Assembly (NCBI RefSeq): GCF_006345805.1
Contig: NC_043013.1
Location: 29,326,001 to 29,390,000, forward strand
From: Octopus sinensis
Taxonomy: Eukaryota
Direction of reading: 5' to 3'
Length of the DNA stretch: 64,000 nucleotides
The position numbers and the translations under genes were made by a program. Shown here in pieces: positions 40,190 through 53,266 of the stretch; position 1 is the stretch's first letter; the number at the start of each line of letters is the position of its first letter. Below the pieces are notes generated by a model. It ran no database searches, was not told the DNA's origin, and saw only the letters and a list, made by a program, of their open reading frames with translations.

Positions 40190-40250
40190 GCGATTACCTT
40201 AGGTTTCCCGTCCACAAACGGTTTAACTTTATGGCGTATCGTCATATCCC
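40190..40250 (-). ncRNA. Hammerhead relic downstream of the GIY-YIG relic
   Basis: GGGAT-ATGACGA-...-GAAA-CCTAAGG-T-A-ATCGC; C3 mutated and stem II decayed. Confidence 0.4.
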
Positions 40251-40339
40251 CAAAACTTGTTGGCCCATGGCCTCTTAAAAATATGGAAGGGAAAATGCCT
40301 CACTACTCAAAGGTAACAATTCGGGATCATCTCCTTTTG

Positions 40340-40980
40340 CTATCGACTTCCGGCTGTGCCACCATCTTGTGAGCTCCAAAAATCTAGCAGGAACCTCCTG
40401 AAATGTAAACAGGGACCGAAAATCTCCGTTCTGGAGTTAAGGATGTTCGCTGGTTTTGGTGAGACTTTTAGGATTCTCGCGCGTTCACTTATGCATAAAT
40501 TGCATAGTTGATGTAGGTGCCTGGGTACTCGAGGATTTCCCATGAGATCGAGTATGGAATCCGATCATCTCTTGGTTGCCAGACGTGATTGGCCAGTGAT
40601 GCTACATATCTCCTTTCCGGAACTCTGAAAGAGGTCCTGTGTCTGGAGAGACGTTGCTTGAAAGAGTTCCCGGAACATCCAATGTATCTCCGTGGGCGTG
40701 TGTTGTCGGTGCTGTACCTGCCGGTGTTGCTGTTGTTGTTACTGCTGCCGCCGACATTGTTGATGTTGGAGCTAGGATTGCTGGTGTTGGCGTCAGTAAT
40801 GGTATCATCACTGCCAGTTATGGTGAAGGCACTTTTATTGTTATTGTGGTCCTCGTCATTGGTGGAAGAGTTGCCAATGCTGCTAGAGGTGTCATTAGCT
40901 GTGGTTCCGCTGGTGTTTCTGCTAGGGCCACTGTCACTGCTACTGCTGTTGTTATTGCTGCCATTGTTGCCGTTATTGCT
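40340..40980 (-). mobile_element. Penelope-like GIY-YIG endonuclease relic preceded in frame by an Asn/Ser/Thr-rich tract
   Basis: RRYIGCSGNSFKQRLSRHRTSF..SLANHVWQPRDDRIPYSISWEIL; second frame CNLCISERARILK..LNSRTEIFGPCLH. Confidence 0.85.
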
Positions 40981-41195
40981 AAAAGGCGGCGAGCTGGCGG
41001 AATCGTTAGCACGTCGGGCGAAACGCTTAGCAGTATTTCGTCTGTCTCCACGCTTTGAGTGCAAACACCGCCGGGGTCAACTGTGCCTTTCATCCTTTCG
41101 GAGTCGATAAATTAAGTACCAGTTATGCACTGGGCTTGATGTAATCGACTAATTCCCTTTCCCCAAATTTCAGGCCATGTGCCTATAGTAGAAAG
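40981..41195 (+). mobile_element. SINE family A inserted into the PLE relic
   Basis: Sequence match; similar low-complexity sequence continues at 41196-41320. Confidence 0.9.
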
Positions 41196-41337
41196 GTTAT
41201 GGCTGGCGGTGGCACTGGGCCTGTTACTGCTGCTAATGGAGTTGTCAGGTCTGCTACTGTGGATGTTAGGGAAGCTGTTGGCAATGTTGGTGGTAATGCT
41301 GCTGTATATGCCCGTCGTATATATATATGCCTCCTTC

Positions 41338-41388
<51 letters not shown>

Positions 41389-41399
41389 TGTGTGTGTAT

Positions 41400-41604
41400 G
41401 TGTATATTTGAGTGTCTATGTTTGTCCCCTCCCCATCATCGCTTGACAACCGATGGTGGTGCGTTTGCATCCCCGTAACCTAGCGGTTCGGTAAAAGTGA
41501 CCGATAAGTACTATGCTTACAAGAAATAAGTCCTGGGGTAGCTTCACTCGACTAAAGGCGGTGCTCTAGCGTGCCCGCAGTCAAACTGACTGATACAAGT
41601 AAAC

Positions 41605-41605
<1 letters not shown>
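41400..41605 (+). mobile_element. SINE family B tail
   Basis: Sequence match. Confidence 0.75.
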
Positions 41606-41657
<52 letters not shown>

Positions 41658-41764
41658 TATATCATAATATTCCGACTTTTAACTGAAGTTGTGTTTTTCA
41701 GCAATATCACAAAGGGTATCAAAGAAAAAACAAAAACAAAAAGTCCATAAACACAAACAAAACA

Positions 41765-41885
41765 AAAGCCCATAACATTCAAAAGGTATTTGGACAAGTT
41801 CTTCCAATATACTCCAGATAGACCGCCGACATCCGGATAAAATTCCGTTAAGAAACTCTTCCAGCTTGTCCAGGAACATCACTTA
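41765..41885 (+). mobile_element. CR1/L2-like LINE 3' relic
   Basis: TFKRYLDKFFQYTPDRPPTSG*NS resembles the FK..LDKFL..PD.P..GY..NSL terminal motif. Confidence 0.45.
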
Positions 41886-42665
41886 AAAGATTACCCCAGG
41901 CGGTACGGTTAAATGAGACATGGTTTGGGCTAATAAACCTACCTGATTTAAGTTAACTAAGTTAAAGAATTTTCTGAAATAATCGTTCTCGAAGACTTCA
42001 GAATTACAACCAACAACTTCTTTTATCTCTCGTACTCATCTCATAATGATGACGCCAGCGAAGAAATCAAATTGTAAACAATTGTCAACTCTTCTCTGCT
42101 AAAACGATCTCCGTCCTCTTTACACGTCTCTTATCAGCGCACGCACGAATATTCTAACACAGTTGCATTCTTTCTCGCCCCCCGATTCCAGCCTCTAACA
42201 AAATCTTCAGATCTATATTCTAACCTAACCAAAAGCTTCAGTTTCATTCTTTCCTTCTGTTTATTTTTTCTTCTTCCTTTTCCCCCTCTCTTTCTTTCTC
42301 GAGTTAACTTTCTGCTATTACAAAGAAAACATCCTCGCACTTCATCCACCCTACACATAAACAACAACACAACCAGAACTCCCAAGGTCACTAAGTTGCT
42401 AAGATTGAGTTTAGTTGTCTGCATCGTAGACAATCTTTTTTTTTTTTTTTGTCTGATCTTAACTACTTACTTCTAATAATAACAATCAGAACGGTATGTC
42501 ATTCTCCTCTGCCAACAGCTGAATTATCTAGGTCATTGACAGCAAAGTGTGTGATCTTTACAACACACTAACAGAGAAACTATTAGGTCCTTCGTAGGTA
42601 AGTCAGTCCCCTCTTCTAAATAGCTAAGTTTTCTAAAGTGGCAGGGTCATTGGCATCTTCATGCT

Positions 42666-42706
<41 letters not shown>

Positions 42707-43074
42707 AGCGATATCAATAACAGTAAGTCGTTCCCCTCTACTAAAAGCTAGGTTTGTAGGACATATCCACATCGTAATGGAAACACCGGAAGTCATTCAA
42801 AATTTCAAGGAAGGCCTGTGGCCGGCAAGTTTCTGGTTTCATACAGATGAGAAGGTTATTTATTTATTTATTTATTTCATTCTGGAGTTTTAATAATATA
42901 TTATATGAGCTTATAAAGTTTAATGCAATATATGTGACCTTCCGTTTAACGAGTTTCCTTTTATATTTTTGTTTTAAATGATACACTCATACAATTTGTA
43001 AGTATAAAAGACAATAAGGAAATATGGCAAAGCCTTGCGACTGGATTTGGTTGACGAAAACTGAAAGAAGCCCG

Positions 43075-43115
<41 letters not shown>

Positions 43116-43349
43116 TTGAAATTTTCAGAAAAACAAAAGAACGATGACAGGTGTATAAACAAGAAGGAGGTGTATTAGTTTGATGCTCGGGAAGGTGAGG
43201 AAGTTTTTTAAGCTTCGAGCCTACACTTTTCAACAGAAAGGGACATGAGTGATTAGAAAAACAGCTGACAGCTGATGAAGGGTCCTTCTTTGTGTTGCTT
43301 GTCTTGTTTTCCAGTTGTTTCTTTCGTTGCTTGCAAAAAAAGTCCCTAC

Positions 43350-43910
43350 TCCGTAGGTGTGTGGTGAGAAGCTTCTTTACTAACCACATGATTCTGGGCT
43401 CAGTCCTGTTGTGTGACACATTGGACATGTGTCTTATATTAAATCCTCGGCCGATCAAACCCTTCTGAGTGGATTTGGTAGACGGAAACTGAAAGAAGTC
43501 CGTCGTGTATGTATGTGTGTGTCTTTGTGACTATGTTTGTTTTCCAGCACCGCCTGACACCCGGTGTTGGAAGGTTTACGTCCCAGTAAATTAGCGGTTC
43601 GGCAAAAGACACCGATCGAAAATCAGGTTTTAAAAAAATGTACTAGAGTAGATTCATTCAAGACGGTGCTCCAGCATGGCCGCAGACTAATGACTGAAAC
43701 GAGCAAAGGAATATAAGAATCTATCTATCTGTCTATATGATGGGTTTCTTTCAGTTTCCGTCTACCGAATCCACAATCCACTTACAAGGTACTGGGTGGC
43801 ACTCAGCTCTAGTAGAAGCCACTTGCTCAAAGTACCACAAAGCAGGGCTGAATCTGGATATCATGAGGCTGGATAGCAAACTCCCTACCACTCAGCCATG
43901 CCTGCGGCTA
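43350..43910. mobile_element. SINE family B copies (43350-43710 plus; 43740-43910 minus)
   Basis: Sequence match. Confidence 0.75.
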
Positions 43911-45512
43911 GATTCTAAAAAGCCATATTTTCAGTGACACTCTTTTAAAAGAAAAAAAATATGTTTCTAGTTATAGAAATATACTTTGTACGACAGAAAA
44001 CACACGCACACCCTATATGGAGTAGAAGAGATTTCCAAAGAGCTTCAATCGAACATCAAATTTATATCAAGCAGTCTACCCAAGATATAACATATCGATG
44101 AAAAAGTTTTTACGGAAACGCAAGAAAAATAGAACATAATAAAGTCCTTAATGCTGAAAGCCGAAGGTAACCTTTGTGGGATTTGAACTCAAAACATGCT
44201 AATCAGAAAAAAATACCGCAAAGCGTTTTGCCAGATGCTCTAACGATTCTGCCCTTTGTTCTTTACTAAATAATATCTCAGCCTTCGACAATGAACGGTG
44301 TTCGTTCGCACGTAAATAATATAAATACGGAAGTTTAACAGTCATTATAATAAGGGGGCGGGGCGTTTATTATTGCCTACGCAAAAAGATAAGTATGTTA
44401 ACCGCTCACAGCAGCACGTAGCCCTGATCAAATTTCACCGTTTAGTTTTCATACAATCTACCACTTCAAGGGAAAATATGATCAAAACACGAGGGAAGTT
44501 GAACTCGAAGTACTCTGTTAGTATCTCGAGGCCCTTAGTGATAAAAGCGTAAAAATAAAATTGATAAAGGTGTAAAAATAATAGGGATGATATAATGGTT
44601 GATGATAAAAGTATAAAAATATTTTGATGACAAACTTTGATTTTTTTTAGGTGTGAAAGCAACAAACAGAGATATAAAACACAATATGAGAAACGCACTT
44701 CACAAGAATCTTAAACTAATTCCTCAAGGTCTGAAAAATAACGATAAAATTGGAAGAGATAAGAGTAATCTATTTATTATGAACGAAAACAAATGCTTAA
44801 CAAAAATAAACAATATATTTTATGATAACAGGAAATTCGTCCAAATAAGAAAATAACAAAATGGTACAGTTAAAATTCAAACCCAAATTAATTACTGCTG
44901 CAAACTTTTAAATGGGATCTATATACTTCCTGTCCCCAAAAAGGAGAGTAGAGCCCTGATTATATTTATGGCATCGTAAATACATCTGACATCGTAAATA
45001 CATATATTTAAGTTTCTTATATACAGTACCTTCCCATAGAATTGATAAACGATTAAATACCCAAGCGAGATATAGTATACAATCGTCGGACGAATTTTTA
45101 GAAATGTTACAGGAAGTTAATGAAGCTAGTTACATTTCCCCAAGGGATGCGAAACGGTTTTTTATCAACGTTTCGGTAATAGAGAAACCATAAGTATAAT
45201 TTTGAACTATCAATATAAAGTTTCTGTTGGCCTACCTAATAAAGGTTCACATAGTTCATAAAGTAGCATATATACTCAAAGGGACGGAATGACGATAATT
45301 CTTTATTCAGTCCTTCAATCATTGAGCTTTATATGGTTAACGTTGAAAAATAGTTATTTCTAAACATAACCTGTGTTATATATGTATGGTATGTTGAAGG
45401 CGTATCTATTATAACGGATATAGAAGAGCTTAAATGCGAATGAGCTTAAAGGGGAAATTTTTCCCTTCTTAATTAATTATCCAACGTAGCTCTATCATAA
45501 AATTCAGACAAC

Positions 45513-45556
<44 letters not shown>

Positions 45557-45589
45557 TAAAATTCAGAAGGGATATCTTTATCCCTTCGA

Positions 45590-45845
45590 CGGTTATTCCA
45601 CACTCTAAGTCTAATAGCTTGGGACATAACAATATGGAGTACTGTGGTGCAGGAAGGAACTGCTTCGCTAGAGAGCAGCTTCAGAAACAAACAAGTTGAG
45701 AAGCGTCAGAGGCGAAAGGAAAACAGCAGAAATGCAGAGCGCCGAGCCACCCTCTTGATATGCAAATACTGTGACAGTAGGTGCGCTTCAATCATAGGAA
45801 GAAGCAGCCATAAAAGAAGCTACAAGGAGGGGAGCCCCTGATATG
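45590..45845 (+). mobile_element. RTE (BovB-like) LINE 3' relic
   Basis: ORF 45644-45841: VQEGTASLES..EKRQRRKE..ICKYCDSRCASIIGRSSHKR matches the RTE terminal KR..RK...C..C.R.C.S.IG..SH.R. Confidence 0.7.
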
Positions 45846-46687
45846 TTCGATTAAGTTACCTCTAAGCTAAACTGACCGTCTGCATAGACGAAAAGGGCTA
45901 ATTATATATATATATATATATAATTTAGGTTAGTTGAAATATGTTAGTAACATATTTCAAATGCTAAAAGCAAACAACCAAATACCTATAGAATCACATA
46001 CACAGACATCTTGTGTCTCAACAGACACAAAATGTCTAATAAAATCATTTTCTGAAATAAACTTTTAAATCCACATCCACTAAAGAAGCACTAAGGAACA
46101 TTACAAGTGAATAAAAAAGAATATTAATAACGAATACTGAATAGCTTAGCAGATTAAGCTATCGAAGTATACAAGTTCAACCTCATAAGTATAAGAATAA
46201 AAAGGCGGAAAATAAACATATAGAACCAAATGAAGTCTAGTTGTATAATGGATAAATACAGTTTTAAACATTCACATAACCGAGCATAACATGTGTTATA
46301 CCTGGCCATATATTCATAGTATATATTACAACACTGCGATTACAGAAGAAAACCCCCCAAAAACAAAACAAACAAAACATCCCATTGACACAAAATCACA
46401 AGAAATGTACGTCGGACAACTAATATGATATAAATATAAAGATTTAAATGCAAATATTTATAGGGGCATACATGCATGCTACTTTCTCGTCGGTTGACAA
46501 TGCATCTACAAGATGAGAAAATTTTTTATGGAAGTCTTATTGATAGCTAACAGAAACCCCATAAACCAAAATCCAGATAGAATATGCGTGATATATAATA
46601 AAGTACCAGTCAAATACAGAATCGATAGTATCTATTAAACCCCTCTCCTCATAATTACTGGTTTTGTGACTTAATTAGAAATAATTA

Positions 46688-48801
46688 CGTTGGTCAACAC
46701 ACTTTTTGCTGACCGGTTTTGTGATTGCTTTTAGTTAAATTTGAGACACTGATTTCAAATATGGCATCCATTTCCCCACTAACACATCAGGTTTTCATTC
46801 TTCAGCAACCCCTATTTTATGATGTACTGTATAAATAATTTATTTGGTCAGATAAGTTTACAAACCATAAGTTATAAATGTCATTAGAAAATGAAACGTA
46901 AGACAGCATCACCTTTTACCAAATACATACTATTAAGTTTCTAATATGATGGATAAAGCACAAAACCATCGTACATATATCTTCATATTCATGGAACAAA
47001 TTTTCGCTTGTGGAGTATTTCATGTCTACACAGTCTTTTTGAATACTCAAACAGTAGTCTGCCATCAAGAGTGTGTTCCATCGGCCTTGATATCTCTCTG
47101 CCATAGTCTTGATTGCTTGATGAAAATGCTCACTATGCCCATCACTCACGTGTCCGAGATTAGCAGGAAATTCATCGAGATGGCTATTGAGGAAATGAAG
47201 CATTATGCCCATGTTACATAATACCCTAAATGATGAAAGTTATCAAATAATGTCTCCACCAAATCCTTATTCGCAGCCTTTTCACTCCCACCAAATCCTT
47301 TCACAACAGCCACAAATGAATATCATGTTCTTTTTTCTATGTCAGCCATTAAGCTCGGGAAATTCTGGCATTTCATTTACTTTCTGATTTATGACCCATC
47401 AAAAACACCAGCCGCTATTTTATCATAACTTAGGCCAGGAAATGTCACGTATATGAATTTGAAACTGCTACCTTCTACATTAAGAGCTTTAACAAATTCC
47501 TTCATTAGTCCCAGTTTAATATGAAGGGGTGGAAAGATGATATTCTCTCGCTCAGCAAGTAGTTGGTGTATGATTTCTTCTCTCCAACAGTCAAACTTTA
47601 TTTAACTGGCCAGAGTTTCTGTTCCCAATGCTTGTCTCTCACTCGGCTATCCCATAAACACAGGAAGCACAGATATTTAGTATACCCTCCTTGTTGGCCA
47701 AATAAAATGTTGGCCATTTTTACATGCACAAATATGACCCATTTGTGTTCATTATACTTTAGTAAATCTAATACAACCTTTATGTAATCATAATTCTTTT
47801 AAGTGCACAGACTGACCAACAGGAAGCGCATCAAACAAGTTTCCATTATAGAGTAATACACATTTTAGACTCTTCCTTGATCTATCTATAAAGAGTCTCC
47901 ATTCACTAGGATCATACTGTTCAACACCCATCACGTTTAACAGTCCCGCCACACCACAACGGTAAACAAAATCTTTTCCAGTTGTAAAGAATGCCAAGAG
48001 ATATTTTTCCTTGTTCTGATAAAAAATCATGTTTGTTTCTTTTTGCAACAAATTCTTCTCTTTAATTCTAGAAGCTAACAGTTCTGATAATTCTTTTGAC
48101 AGTCCTAGATCATTAAGTTCTGCCTGATTGAAGTTTTCACGTTCTTTGGTTGATGTTTCTACAAAGTCTATATCACTGTCATGTTCATAATTTATATCTA
48201 CTTCACATCTATCACTTTCACTTTGCAGTGAAGGTAGTTCCTTGAAAACAGGTACTGGTATTCTATCTGAGTGAAGCACTGGATGGATTGCTGAATCCAG
48301 ATTTGGGTAACTTATTTTCTGTCACGCTCTGTTGCTATAACAAGGTCTTTGTGAGACAAAAGTAGCAGTCGTTTACATGACTCTTTGGCTCCCTCGATAT
48401 CATAGAAATGCCAAATGTTAGCTGTTTCCTTGTGTTCTTTGTCCATTAGCATACATTTTCGACATAGGGTTTACATATATTGTGCCGTCCCGTGATTTAT
48501 CCTGATCACCAACTTTAATCTTCACGTAAGACAAGTAGGATCTTTTCACAATGTCACCAACATTCATTCTTTGAATTGGTACTGTAAAACACCCACATAT
48601 ATAACAAAAAGAGTCAGGGGAATTCAAACATTTCAAACATGGAGCTACGGGAGGGGCCAATATGGGCCAGCCCATAGAAAAAGAAATACATGTGATAGGA
48701 CAAAAACTATTGCCATTTTAAAACTCAGTGACCCCCAACTTACTCTAGACAGGTCTCAAACTTAGGCCAGCTGAAAAAATGTTAGAATTAGTTGGCCAGT
48801 G
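46688..48801 (-). mobile_element. Chapaev3-like (CMC) DNA transposon, near full-length, degenerate
   Basis: CLNSPDSFCYICG..GDQDKS; EWRLFIDRSRKSLKCVLLYNGN; LHFLNSHLDEFPANLGHVSD..FHQ..RYQGRW..MADYC; imperfect TIRs, right end CACTGGCCAAC on minus. Confidence 0.8.
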
Positions 48802-49189
48802 TTATTTATTTAGTTTCATCCTTGTTGTGATTTACTAGACCTTTGCTTGAAGGCATTCCATCCGTCATCATCGATATTATTATACATAGTGTATCTAAGA
48901 TTACATTATCCTATGTATTTTGTAATTTTCTAAGATGGTAGAACGAACCTCAGATGTACTTTTGAATAGAATAAACGCAATATAGCAGGAGATAAGCTTC
49001 TCGCCAGCCGATATGACTGTGGTTTCAATACCTGACCGAGACCAATTCGTCTTGCGTGCATAACTAATATACTAAGAAAAATTAAGAATGGTTCACGTTC
49101 CACTTTTTCTGGTGTCCTTAATATTGAAATTGTAGGATCTTTTTGTCTAATGGACTCGATATAATAGTTACAAATTTTGGAACAGGGTT

Positions 49190-49300
49190 GGCGATTTCTG
49201 AGGGGGATTCGATTACAGCAACCTCAGTACGTGACTGGTGCTTATTTTATCGGTCTGGAAAGGGCAAAGAAGAAAGTCGTCCTCGGCGGAATTTGAACCT
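49190..49300 (-). mobile_element. SINE family A fragment, decayed
   Basis: Sequence match. Confidence 0.55.
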
Positions 49301-49572
49301 TTAGACTTGATACAATACAAATGATTGGATATCTGATACAACAAGGATAGTAACTCTATGTCGCTCATGAAAATGGGAGCACTTCAAAACAGAACAGTGA
49401 CAAACGTGACGTGATAACTTAAAGCAGTTTGATATATTGAATCTAAAAATTATAAAAAATAAATGTAACATTTAGTAAATGTTAGGAGGAAACCTGTAGA
49501 GAAATAACTAAACGTATCTCTCTTCCCATTAATCTATCTATATTAATGATATCAATTTGCGAATGCGATCAT

Positions 49573-50075
<503 letters not shown>

Positions 50076-50229
50076 TATAGGCGTTGGAGTGGGTGTGAAT
50101 TCACGTGTCTATATAAATGTGGATATGCTGATTAGCTTTTATATGTTCCGATGACGCTTGGTCGGAAATATAAGAGGTAAGTTTTTCTAGCATTTCTAGA
50201 TTTATTTACCAGAATATAATGTTGATAAA

Positions 50230-50455
50230 GGAAATGAATCTTATGATTCTAATCCAGAAACGTACGTCCGTAATTAACCGAGGACTGTTTGATTTCATTA
50301 TTTTTCTTCTTTTTTTTGCCATATGTGAGTTACAAATATTGTTGTCTGTGGAGACATATTCTTGTAGAAAAAGGAAATAGTAGTCCTTTGGCTGCTATTT
50401 CTAAAATTTTCGGTATGTGGTCATGCAACTTGTTACAAAGCCTTATTCTTATAGT
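50230..50455 (+). mobile_element. Diverged, inverted relative of the tandem-array monomer (3' half of HHR retained)
   Basis: GAAACGTACGTCCGTA at 50257-50272; 50374-50447 aligns to the reverse complement of the monomer. Confidence 0.7.
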
Positions 50456-50773
50456 TTTATATATATATATATATATATAATTATCCGTAATAATGAAGGG
50501 TGAAATTAATTAATTTGGAATAATTATCAATTACACCAAGTAGTCTTCGGCATGTAAAAGCCTCATTCGAGGAAAATTTAAGTAATACTAAGCAATAAAG
50601 GGTTTAGCAACGAATTGCCTTACCACATACCGAATTTAGAAATAGCAGTCAAAGGGTTATAGCTATTTCTTCTACTAAAAAGGGAGATCTCAGTAAAAAC
50701 AGCAATTGGAAGGCAGACACAAACAGGTAAGAGAGAATGAATTGACTGCAATCTATCATACATTTTTAAGTTA

Positions 50774-50878
50774 TCTACGGACGTACGTTTCGAAATCATT
50801 TTTTAGGAAAGCATAAGAATTAAATATTAAATATTAAATAATTCTATCTTACCGAAACTTTTTTCTCTTCAGCGTAGA
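50774..50878 (-). ncRNA. Type I hammerhead ribozyme, array unit 1 (predicted cleavage after 50780)
   Basis: TCTACG-CTGAAGA-GAAA...TTTC-GAAA-CGTACG-T-C-CGTAGA. Confidence 0.85.
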
Positions 50879-51369
50879 ATACTATAATCATAAATGATTA
50901 TATATTGAATTTTGAGATACTAGAAGGCACCAACTCAACTCAGTATCAGAGCGAGCTAGAATCCGCAACTAGTATCACCGAATTCAATTTGTGAATGAAA
51001 CGATTGTGTCACCAGCCCCTTCCCACCCGCGTGTAGCCAAAACAAGATGCTGTGGTCATCTACTGAGATAAAATATGGTTATCCGTAATAATGAAGGGTG
51101 AAATTAATTAATTTGGAATAATTATCAATTACACCAAGTAGTCTTCGGCATGTAAAAGCCTCATTCGAGAAAATTTAAGTAATACTAAGCAATAAAGGGT
51201 TTAGCAACGAATTGCCTTACCACATACCGAATTTAGAAATAGCAGTCAAAGGTTATAGCTATTTCTTCTACTAAAAAGGGAGATCTCAGTAAAAACAGCA
51301 ATTGGAAGGCAGACACAAACAGGTAAGAGAGAATGAATTGACTGCAATCTATCATACATTTTTAAGTTA

Positions 51370-51475
51370 TCTACGGACGTACGTTTCGAAATCAAGTTTT
51401 TAGGAAAGCATAAGAATTAAATATTAAATATTAATAATTCTATCTTACCGAAACTTCTTTTCTCTTCAGCGTAGA
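51370..51475 (-). ncRNA. Type I hammerhead ribozyme, unit 2 (cleavage after 51376)
   Basis: Canonical core, stems intact. Confidence 0.88.
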
Positions 51476-51967
51476 ATACTATAATCATATATGATTATAT
51501 ATGAATTTTGAGATACTAGAAGGCACCAACTCAACTCAGTATCAGAGCGAGCTAGAATCCGCAACTAGTATCACCGAATTCAATTTGTGAATGAAACGAT
51601 TGTGTCACCAGCCCCTTCCCACCCGCGTGTAGCCAAAACAAGATGCTGTGGTCATCTACTGAGATAAAATATGGTTATCCGTAATAATGAAGGGTGAAAT
51701 TAATTAATTTGGAATAATTATCAATTACACCAAGTAGTCTTCGGCATGTAAAAGCCTCATTCGAGGAAAATTTAAGTAATACTAAGCAATAAAGGGTTTA
51801 GCAACGAATTGCCTTACCACATACCGAATTTAGAAATAGCAGTCAAAGGGTTATAGCTATTTCTTCTACTAAAAAGGGAGATCTCAGTAAAAACAGCAAT
51901 TGGAAGGCAGACACAAACAGGTAAGAGAGAATGAATTGACTGCAATCTATCATACATTTTTAAGTTA

Positions 51968-52074
51968 TCTACGGACGTACGTTTCGAAATCAAGTTTTTA
52001 GGAAAGCATAAGAATTAAATATTAAATATTAAATAATTCTATCTTACCGAAACTTCTTTTCTCTTCAGCGTAGA
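51968..52074 (-). ncRNA. Type I hammerhead ribozyme, unit 3 (cleavage after 51974)
   Basis: Canonical core, stems intact. Confidence 0.88.
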
Positions 52075-52562
52075 ATACTATAATCATAAATGATTATATA
52101 TTGAATTTTGAGATACTAGAAGGCACCAACTCAACTCAGTATCAGAGCGAGCTAGAATCCGCAACTAGTATCACCGAATTCAATTTGTGAATGAAACGAT
52201 TGTGTCACCAGCCCCTTCCCACCCGCGTGTAGCCAAAGCAAGATGCTGTGGTCATCTACTGAGATAAAATATGGTTATCCGTAATAATGAAGGGTGAAAT
52301 TAATTAATTTGGAATAATTATCAATTACACCAAGTAGTCTTCGGCATGTAAAAGCCTCATTCGAGGAAAATTTTAATACTAAGCAATAAAGGGTTTAGCA
52401 ACGAATGCCTTACCACATACCGAATTTAGAAATAGCAGTCAAAGGGTTATAGCTATTTCTTCTACTAAAAAGGGGATCTCAGTAAAAACAGCAATTGGAA
52501 GGCAGACACAAACAGGTAAGAGAGAATGAATTGACTGCAATCTATCATACATTTTTAAGTTA

Positions 52563-52665
52563 TCTACGGACGTACGTTCGAAATCAAGTTTTTAGGAAAG
52601 CATAAGAATTAAATTTAAATATTAAATAATTCTATCTTACCGAAACTTCTTCTCTTCAGCGTAGA
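52563..52665 (-). ncRNA. Hammerhead, unit 4, one A missing from GAAA
   Basis: Reads GAA-CGTACGT; this unit has several homopolymer deletions, possibly sequencing error. Confidence 0.6.
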
Positions 52666-53160
52666 ATACTATAATCATATATGATTATATATTGAATTTT
52701 GAGATACTAGAAGGCACCAACTCAACTCAGTATCAGAGCGAGCTAGAATCCGCAACTAGTATCACCGAATTCAATTTGTGAATGAAACGATTGTGTCACC
52801 AGCCCCTTCCCACCCGCGCGTGTAGCCAAAACAAGATGCTGTGGTCATCTACTGAGATAAAATATGGTTATCCGTAATAATGAAGGGTGAAATTAATTAA
52901 TTTGGAATAATTATCAATTACACCAAGTAGTCTTCGGCATGTAAAAGCCTCATTCGAGGAAAATTTAAGTAATACTAAGCAATAAAGGGTTTAGCAACGA
53001 ATTGCCTTACCACATACCGAATTTAGAAATAGCAGTCAAAGGGTTATAGCTATTTCTTCTACTAAAAAGGGAGATCTCAGTAAAAACAGCAATTGGAAGG
53101 CAGACACAAACAGGTAAGAGAGAATGAATTGACTGCAATCTATCATACATTTTTAAGTTA

Positions 53161-53266
53161 TCTACGGACGTACGTTTCGAAATCAAGTTTTTAGGAAAGC
53201 ATAAGAATTAAATATTAAATATTAAATAATTCTATCTTCCGAAACTTCTTTTCTCTTCAGCGTAGA
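53161..53266 (-). ncRNA. Type I hammerhead ribozyme, unit 5 (cleavage after 53167)
   Basis: Canonical core, stems intact. Confidence 0.88.

Noticed and set aside
40589-41110. Leu/Val-rich 'membrane protein' ORFs on plus
   Set aside because: Antisense shadow of the Asn/Ser-rich PLE relic plus SINE sequence
50535-50575. Second HHR-like motif in the monomer (CGAATGA-GGC...GCC-GAAGAC on minus)
   Set aside because: Both core halves deviate, and no stem I/III or UH triplet can be built
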